DNA of 14,885 nucleotides from Chlamydiales bacterium (GTDB lineage Bacteria; Chlamydiota; Chlamydiia; Chlamydiales; JBDQID01): NCBI GenBank assembly GCA_047611865.1, contig JBLFWS010000075.1, positions 1 to 14,885 of the forward strand, read 5' to 3'. Shown piece by piece: positions 8,521 to 14,885 of this stretch (position 1 is its first letter; each line of letters starts with the position of its first letter). The notes under the pieces were generated by a model. It saw only the letters and a program-made list of their open reading frames with translations, ran no database searches and was not told where the DNA came from. The position numbers and the translations under genes were made by a program.

Positions 8521-8707
8521 CTCAAAAAAGCACTCTAGATATGTCTTAAACTGATTTTTCAGACCTTTACAAATTTGAAGATGTGCTAAAATCCAAGCTA
8601 AACTCTGCTTTGGGCCACTTAACCCCTGATTTTAGCGAAACTTCGCTCCAAAACGAAGGCTTGGTAGCAGTTTTTTTATAACTTCATCGAATCTTGGAAG
8701 GAAAATA

Positions 8708-10157
8708 ATGCGGCAATCGTTGGAACAGCAAATGTTTTTTGGTGAAGTAGACATTTCAAAGGTGCAAATCAGCACAAAATCCAGAGATGATATTCCACAG
8801 GTCCTTCTCGGCCTCCAGCACATTTATCAAAAGCAATCGCTCAGAGATCAAGTCTTCAAAGAATTACATGATCATGTAGGCAAATCAAAAAACACGAAGA
8901 CTGGGCGACCGGGAATGGACCTATGGCACGTATTTGTGTTGGGTACTCTGAGATTAACCATAAACTGCGATTACGACCGTCTTGTTGAACTTGCCAATAA
9001 CCATCAAACACTGAGACAAATACTTGGGCATAGTCCTTTCAATGAGGAGGAGTATCAACTTCAAACAGTGAAAGATAACGTCAGAATCTTAACCCAAGAA
9101 ATTTTGAACAAGATCAACACCTTGGTGGTTAACGCGGGCCATGCTTTCTTAAAAAAAAGATGAAGCGATCTTCGCAAGGTGTGATTCGTTTGTTGTAGAA
9201 ACGAATGTGCACTACCCAACCGACTTGACACTGCTGTTTGATGCGACACGTAAGACTATTCAGCTGATAACAAATCTCTGTGAAGCATGCGATCAATCAA
9301 CGTGGCGCCAGAGTTGCTACAATATCCGGTCAGTAAAACGAACTTTGCGCAAGCTACAGAAACTACCCCGCTCCAAATCTAAGAACCTGAAAAAAAACGC
9401 TCTGCGAGAGGCTGAAATAGCCACTTGTTGCGAGATGTACATATCTCTATGCCATGGGTTTATCGAAAAAGCAATTGAGACGGGGCAGCAGTTGATTGCG
9501 TGTGGGCTGGCTAAAGATTTTGACCTCATCGAAATTAAAAGATTTGCCGCGCATGGAAAAAAACTAATCGACCAAGTTCGGCGGAGAATCCTTAACTGCG
9601 AAGTGATTCCTCACGAAGAAAAGATTTTTTCGGTTTTTGAGGAACATAAGGAGTGGATTGCCAAAGGAAAAGCAGGTGTACCAGTGGAATTAGGCTTAAG
9701 AGTCGCTGCCGTTGAAGATCAATACGGTTTTATTTTGCATCATACAGTTGCCCAAAAAACCACGGATGACCAGCTTGCTGTTCCGATGATTAAGGACTCC
9801 TTAGAGAAGTTTAGTTCACTCACGGGGTGTAGTTTTGACCAGGGGTTTCACTCACAGTCTAATCAGAAGGAGCTGTCGTCTTTTCTAGACCTCTTGGTGC
9901 TTCCTAAAAAGGGCAAGCTTTCCAAGGAAAGAAAGGAAATAGAAAGCTCTGAAGAATTTAAGAAATGCCGTCGACAGCACTCAGCTGTCGAGTCTGCCAT
10001 AAATGCGCTAGAGGTTCATGGTTTAGATCGATGTCCGGATAATGGGTTGGTAGCTTTCAAGAGCTACACTTCTCTAGCGATTGTTTCAAGAAACCTTCAA
10101 CGTTTGGGTGCCCTGGTTCAAAAGAAAGCCAGAAAGGTTTTTGCACGAACACAATGA
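8708..10157 (+). CDS. DDE transposase split in two frames at an A8 run (fused ~482 aa)
   Basis: OrfA 8708..9163 (SRDDIPQVLLGLQHIY, GRPGMDLW, DYDRLVELANNH). A +1 shift at A8 (9151-9158) continues as KKDEAIFARCDSFVVETNVHYPTD into OrfB, with the likely catalytic residues in CDSFVVE, SFDQGF and HSAVESAIN. Confidence 0.88.
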
Positions 10158-10349
10158 GCAGCTTGAACCTAAAGAACTCTCCTTATCTCGACTTTCCTAG
10201 CCTTATAGAGTTTTCCCCACCCCTCAAACTGTCGATTTTTTCACACATTAAATATTTTACTAGTAGTAATTTGCTTCATTGCGTCTCTTTTCACTGAAAC
10301 TAACGAAAAATTAATTAAATCAGAACGTCACTTTCTTGAAAATAAGGCA

Positions 10350-10365
10350 GTTTTCTGTCAGGCAC
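10350..10365 (-). repeat. IS right terminal inverted repeat
   Basis: Reverse complement is GTGCCTGACAGAAAAC. Confidence 0.9.
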
Positions 10366-10405
10366 TAATTAAGGCTTTTGTTTACATCCACCACCGATTT
10401 TAAAT

Positions 10406-10451
10406 TTGACAGAGCACTAGGATTGAATTAAAATCCCGTGCGTGGTATAAT
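10406..10451 (+). promoter_or_regulatory. Two overlapping sigma70/sigma66-type promoters for the ABC-F gene
   Basis: TTGACA(10406-10411)-17 nt-TAAAAT(10429-10434), and TTGAAT(10423-10428)-17 nt-TATAAT(10446-10451) with an extended TG at 10443-10444. Confidence 0.65.
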
Positions 10452-10490
10452 CTTTTGATTTCCAATATATTACTATCTTAAGGTTGAACT

Positions 10491-12308
10491 ATGGTACAGG
10501 TCGAAAATATCTCCAAATCTTATGGGGATCGCATTTTATTTTCTGGTGTGAGCTTTCACGTTGGAGATGGAGAGCGATGTGCCATCGTTGGCCGAAATGG
10601 ATGTGGTAAGTCCACAATGTTGAAAATATTGTCTGGATTAGAGGAGCTGAGCAGTGGGCACATTCGTTTTCCTAAGGGTATCCGAATAGGATCGCTACCG
10701 CAGCATCTCGTCTTTAATCAGGATAGCTTGATGAAGGAGGCTCTTTTGGGCCTGCCTGCCGAGCAACGGGACGAAGAGTATCGAGTAGAAAAAATTTTAA
10801 GTGGTTTGGGGTTTACAGAGGAAGATTTTTATAAGGAACCCAATAGTTTCTCAGGAGGATTTCAACTTCGTCTCGCTCTTTGTAAAGTCTTGGTGGGAGA
10901 GCCAGAACTTCTATTGCTTGATGAACCTACCAACTATCTGGATATTATTACGATTCGCTGGCTTGAGCGATATTTGCGCTCATGGCAAGGACAAATTCTC
11001 TTTGTATCTCACGACCGTTCTTTCGTTAACAGTATCTCTACGCATATTATCGGATTCCATCGTGGGCAGGTGGTTAAGTCAGCAGGGGATTTAAAAAAAT
11101 ATCACGAGATGATTGTTTTACAGGAAGAAACTCACGAAAAGACCCGTGAAAAGCTCGATAAAAAGAAAGCTCAAATGCAGTCTTTTGTCGACCGTTTTGG
11201 TGCAAAAGCGTCTAAAGCGACACAGGCGCAGTCTCGTCTTAAAGCTATCGACAAAATGGATACATTGGAAGCCTTGCAAGGGGAAGAAGAGCTGGATTTT
11301 TCCTTTCATTACAAAAGATATCAAAGTAAGAAGATGTTTTCCGTAGAGGACATGCATTTTAAATATAACAAAGAGTCACAGGATAAGTTGATACATGGCC
11401 TAAATTTTGAACTGGCCAATGGGGAGCGCCTTGCTGTTATCGGGAAAAATGGCAGGGGTAAATCAACGGTTCTTCGTTTGTTATCCGGGGAGCTTAAGGC
11501 CGACTCAGGGGATTATTCAGTAGGACAAAATGTAGAGATGGCCGTTTTCGGGCAGACAAACATCGATCGCTTGGATACATCAAAAACAATAGATGAAGAA
11601 GTGCAGCGTGCTATGCCCTCAGCTTCGTACGCAGAAGTACGTAAAGCTTGTGGAGTCATGCAATTTTCTGGTGACGATGCTAAAAAGAAAATATCTGTAC
11701 TGTCAGGTGGAGAGAGAAGCCGTGTTCTTTTGGCTAAAATACTTCTTACTCCAGCCAATCTCCTTTTGCTTGATGAACCGACACATCATTTGGATATAGA
11801 GTCGGTAGATTCTCTTATGGATGCTATTAAGCACTTTAAAGGTACTGTTGTATTAGTTTCTCACGATGAATCGATTTTACGGAAGTTTAGGCCGAATAAA
11901 ATGATCATTTGTTCCACTCGTGGGCAAGAGGTCTTTTTAGGGGGGTACGATAGCTTTCTTGAGAAAGGAGGATGGGATGAAGGTGTTTCAGTAGTAGCAA
12001 AAGTTACTGTAAGCAAAACTGATCGAAAAGAAGATCGTAGGCTCCGGGCAGAACGTGTGCAAGCGCGCTCCAAAGCTATGCGACCCATCAAACAAGGGAT
12101 TGAAAAGGCTGAAGCTAAAATTGAGAAATTGGAAGAGAAAAAGCTGAGCTTGGAAGGTAAAATAGTCACTGAAGCTAACGAGTCAGATTATGACATGCAT
12201 TCTTTAGCTACAGAGCACGGTAACGTTTCTAAATCCCTTGATTCTCTTTATGAAGAACTTCAAAATCTTTTCGAAAAAGAAGAGGGAATTAACCAGAAAT
12301 TTCAGTAA
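10491..12308 (+). CDS. ABC-F family ATP-binding protein (YheS/YdiF-like translation factor)
   Basis: Two NBDs: GRNGCGKST / FSGG / LLLLDEPTNYLD / VSHDR and GKNGRGKST / LSGGE / LLLDEPTHHLD / VSHDE. Inter-domain linker FGAKASKATQAQSR, C-terminal coiled coil, no TM segments. Confidence 0.93.
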   Translation: MVQVENISKSYGDRILFSGVSFHVGDGERCAIVGRNGCGKSTMLKILSGLEELSSGHIRFPKGIRIGSLPQHLVFNQDSLMKEALLGLPAEQRDEEYRVEKILSGLGFTEEDFYKEPNSFSGGFQLRLALCKVLVGEPELLLLDEPTNYLDIITIRWLERYLRSWQGQILFVSHDRSFVNSISTHIIGFHRGQVVKSAGDLKKYHEMIVLQEETHEKTREKLDKKKAQMQSFVDRFGAKASKATQAQSRLKAIDKMDTLEALQGEEELDFSFHYKRYQSKKMFSVEDMHFKYNKESQDKLIHGLNFELANGERLAVIGKNGRGKSTVLRLLSGELKADSGDYSVGQNVEMAVFGQTNIDRLDTSKTIDEEVQRAMPSASYAEVRKACGVMQFSGDDAKKKISVLSGGERSRVLLAKILLTPANLLLLDEPTHHLDIESVDSLMDAIKHFKGTVVLVSHDESILRKFRPNKMIICSTRGQEVFLGGYDSFLEKGGWDEGVSVVAKVTVSKTDRKEDRRLRAERVQARSKAMRPIKQGIEKAEAKIEKLEEKKLSLEGKIVTEANESDYDMHSLATEHGNVSKSLDSLYEELQNLFEKEEGINQKFQ

Positions 12309-12334
12309 GGAAATTGGCTGCTCTGAAGGCCGTA

Positions 12335-13999
12335 TTAAATGGGGCCTTCAAAAACGATGTTAGCTATTTCTGCGGACGAAAGGCTGCTAATAGCTGAACG
12401 TATTTTCCCTCTATAAACTTCTGCTTTTAACACAGTACTTGCGTTTACTGGCCTTCGTTCCTCTTTTATCACGACTTCTTGGACCTGGGTATCCATATAT
12501 TCACGAAACGAAGAAAAGCCTTTGTGAGGACTTGCCCATTCTGCGGGGTTCAGAGTAGAGTAAAGATTCAAAATGTGGGTGGATTGGGCGTTTCGGATAA
12601 AATGTCGAGGCAGGTCGAGCCATGAAATGCGTGTGTAGCAACTATCAAGAGCGTCACATTTCTCGTTCAAGAGTTTGAAAATGTCTATCTTCGAGCTTTG
12701 AACGATGTGGTCAAAAGCAAACACCCAACAGTTATGTTTATCTGCTTGAAGTTCCTTCTCTAGCCCTTCAACTTGTGGAGTGAATGCTTCTATGATCTTT
12801 TCAACTCCAGCTTCATGGAGTTGTTCTTTAATATTTCTCAACTCCATGGAATTCGAAGCATCCATAATAAAACAGTTCCAATGGCCATTTTTTAGTTCTA
12901 TGTCAAGGGCTGTATAATGGTGGGCAACACCTCGGACTAAAATTTGAAAACGGTGGTTGTCTTGAAGGCTTGGAGATTGCATGGTTTTTTTTAGAAAGGG
13001 TGTAATTTTATCGGTAGTTAGGACATGAGCGTTAAATTTATTCCCTTTGAGCAAACGGCTCGTACCTTTTTGGTGAATCAAAAGGCGTAAGGCCTCATCT
13101 TTTTTCACTACGCGATTTGAGCACTGATTTTCGAGGATGTCATGGATGATTTCTTCCTGCTCACGTTCGTACATAGCTTCAATAGGGATTGAGGTTTCGT
13201 TATTGAATATTTGCAAAAATGTTGTGACAAATCCAGGAAGAGAGGCTTTGGCAGGTATCATTATTTGGAAGGGATAATGATCTGAATGATTAAGAGGTGA
13301 GACTTGGACTTTGGGGGATGAGGAAACGAGGTCCAAAGCCTCTAAATTTGAGGATCGGGCTCTCATTCTACCATGTGTAGGAAAGTACTTCTTTTGCAAA
13401 TAAGTAAGGGAGTTTTCCCTTAAGTCAGTCAGTAATGTTCGGAACGATTTTGGGAAATATTTTCTAATTCGATTATCGAGATAGTAATTCACTAGTAATA
13501 GTCGCAATTTGTTTCTGAGCTTTTTAGAGCTATCGGCACGTACCAATTCTTCAAGTTTTGTTTCAAACATTTTATGCCAAGCTTCCTCGGCTCCATCCTT
13601 TAAATTGAGGGAGGTATCTGACAAATCAACAGCGGCAGATCCAGAAGGAGAATATTTGTGCACGGCATGGCAGTAATTTTGAGTAAATGGGATTTCAGTC
13701 TTTGCTGTCAGGCTAAGGCGTCCGGGAAATCCGTATTTGTTAACGATTTCTTGTATGCCAAGGAAAAAAGAGGGGTTCGCAACAATTCGGGCGCCATCCA
13801 GGCGGTTTTCTCTATCGCCAATCAGTGGAAATTCGTGGAGTTCCTCTACGGATTCTTCAATAACTTGTATGGCAAAGGGTGTTGTCACGCATTGACGAAA
13901 GGAGGATCTAAGGGTATCTTCCAGAGGTTCCAGAGGTTCCAGGGTTGGGATAGGCTGAAAAAGGGGGATTGAAAGTGGGCTGGCTGATTCAGAAGACAT
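12335..13999 (-). CDS. YopJ/AvrA-family CE-clan effector (acetyltransferase or deubiquitinase-like) with a long N-terminal extension
   Basis: Catalytic pattern HHYTALD...FIMDAS...LQADKHNCWVFA, plus YopJ-type C-terminal motifs LPRHFIRNAQS and NASTVLK. The likely start is ATG 13999 after AGGA (the ORF track extends to 14056). Ser/Pro-rich N-terminus. Confidence 0.75.
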   Translation of the reverse strand: MSSESASPLSIPLFQPIPTLEPLEPLEDTLRSSFRQCVTTPFAIQVIEESVEELHEFPLIGDRENRLDGARIVANPSFFLGIQEIVNKYGFPGRLSLTAKTEIPFTQNYCHAVHKYSPSGSAAVDLSDTSLNLKDGAEEAWHKMFETKLEELVRADSSKKLRNKLRLLLVNYYLDNRIRKYFPKSFRTLLTDLRENSLTYLQKKYFPTHGRMRARSSNLEALDLVSSSPKVQVSPLNHSDHYPFQIMIPAKASLPGFVTTFLQIFNNETSIPIEAMYEREQEEIIHDILENQCSNRVVKKDEALRLLIHQKGTSRLLKGNKFNAHVLTTDKITPFLKKTMQSPSLQDNHRFQILVRGVAHHYTALDIELKNGHWNCFIMDASNSMELRNIKEQLHEAGVEKIIEAFTPQVEGLEKELQADKHNCWVFAFDHIVQSSKIDIFKLLNEKCDALDSCYTRISWLDLPRHFIRNAQSTHILNLYSTLNPAEWASPHKGFSSFREYMDTQVQEVVIKEERRPVNASTVLKAEVYRGKIRSAISSLSSAEIANIVFEGPI

Positions 14000-14245
14000 T
14001 AGTATATTCCTAATATTAAAAAAAACGATAGTACTACTATTGAAGTAATAAGTCAATAATACTGTTATAGTGGTGTATTTGTTTAAGTAGAAGGCTTGTT
14101 GAGTAATATGTTTTTTAAAAACAAGTCTATTATAATTAAACTAATTATTTAAGTCGTTTGTGTATACTGAATAGGGGATTTTTCCAGACTATAGATTTTT
14201 CTGGGCGTTGTTGCATAACTTAATACGTTTACAATCATTTATTTA

Positions 14246-14361
14246 ACCACAGAGAGCACCGAGAACACAGAGAGATAGAAAATGCATAAAGTCTCTCAGA
14301 ATATGCTATCAACTCATCTGTGATTTTTTATTTTCTCTGTGGCCTCTGTGGTCTCGGTGGT
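14246..14361. repeat. Imperfect inverted repeat built from three 9-nt (nnCACAGAG-type) units per arm; REP/MITE-like
   Basis: Left arm ACCACAGAGAGCACCGAGAACACAGAGA (14246-14273) versus the reverse complement of 14334-14361, ACCACCGAGACCACAGAGGCCACAGAGA: 23/28 match, with a 60-nt spacer. Confidence 0.75.
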
Positions 14362-14449
14362 AAAATGTTAATCATAAGCTTCTTGTAGACGCATGTTTTA
14401 TGTAGAAACACCATTTTTCTGAAGTGGAAGGATGGGGCATCAACCGGGT

Positions 14450-14885
14450 TTATATCGGATCTTCAAAAACTATATTGGCTACTTCTGCACTGGAAAGGTC
14501 TTTAAGAGCAGAACGGATTTTCCCTCTATAATCTTCAGCTTTCAAGACAGTACTTGCGTTTACCGACTTTCTGCTTCCATCTGCTTCCACTTCTTGGATT
14601 TTGCTTTGCACATAAGCGCGAAATGAAAGATGGGATTTGTAGGGATTTGTCCATTCTTTAGGGTTTAGAAAGGCGTAGTGATCTAAAATGTTGGTGGATT
14701 GGGCATTTCGGATAAATTTCCTTGGGAGATCGAACCATGATATATAAGAGTGTTTTCCCTCTGAACGGCAGTTTTTTTGTTTAAAAAATTAAAAATGTCA
14801 ATTTTCGATCTTTGAACGATATGGTCAAATGCAAACACCCAGCAGTTATGTTGATCAGCTTGTAGTTCTTTCTGATTCCCTTTAG
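14450..14885 (-). pseudogene. 3' part of a second YopJ-family paralog (5' end outside the window), frameshifted at an A7 run
   Basis: Reads KELQADQHNCWVFAFDHIVQRSKIDIFNFLN, then after a shift at T7 (14772-14778) SWFDLPRKFIRNAQSTNIL...VNASTVLKAEDYRGKIRSALKDLSSAEVANIVFEDPI* (TAA 14452-14450). This is collinear with 12335..13999. Confidence 0.85.

Larger units (their letters stand above)
8505..10365 (+). mobile_element. Insertion sequence, ISNCY family (ISDol1-like), 1861 bp
   Basis: 16-bp terminal inverted repeats GTGCCTGACCGAAAAC (8505-8520) and GTTTTCTGTCAGGCAC (10350-10365), 15/16 match. Flanks are TACTTA and TAATTA. Encloses a DDE transposase. Confidence 0.88.

Noticed and set aside
13919..13945. 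9-bp tandem repeat encoding LEPLEPLE
   Set aside because: Only ~2.5 copies in a disordered N-terminus; ordinary slippage.
343..13972. Many short overlapping ORFs in the track (e.g. 343..699, 1561..1875, 3820..4314, 5982..6200, 11513..12169, 13658..13972)
   Set aside because: They lie antisense or out of frame within longer, better supported genes and have no recognisable motifs.
14246..14361. CRISPR array interpretation of the 9-mer repeats
   Set aside because: The units are short, contiguous and inverted, with no repeat-spacer periodicity and no cas genes.
14432..14626. 64-aa + strand ORF
   Set aside because: Antisense shadow of the YopJ-like paralog on the minus strand.

Overview
AT-rich bacterial window, most likely from a Chlamydiota (environmental chlamydia-like) genome, inferred from a stand-alone chlamydial-type uhpC sugar-phosphate transporter and many orphan, effector-like genes. 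Two conserved genes (uhpC, an ABC-F ATPase) sit among accessory genes: coiled-coil orphans, a membrane-anchored HExxHxxGxxH zinc metalloprotease, a complete ISNCY (ISDol1-like) insertion sequence with a split transposase, and two tandem YopJ-family (CE-clan) effector genes, the second partial and frameshifted. The standout is 5059..6321. It carries the motifs of a bacterial gasdermin pore-forming domain but has a ~170-aa helical insert before its last beta-strand, no C-terminal inhibitory tail and no N-terminal Cys. It is transcribed divergently from the metalloprotease and is followed by a protein with a eukaryotic-type MGxxxS myristoylation motif. All family calls are by-eye motif recognition; no searches were run.
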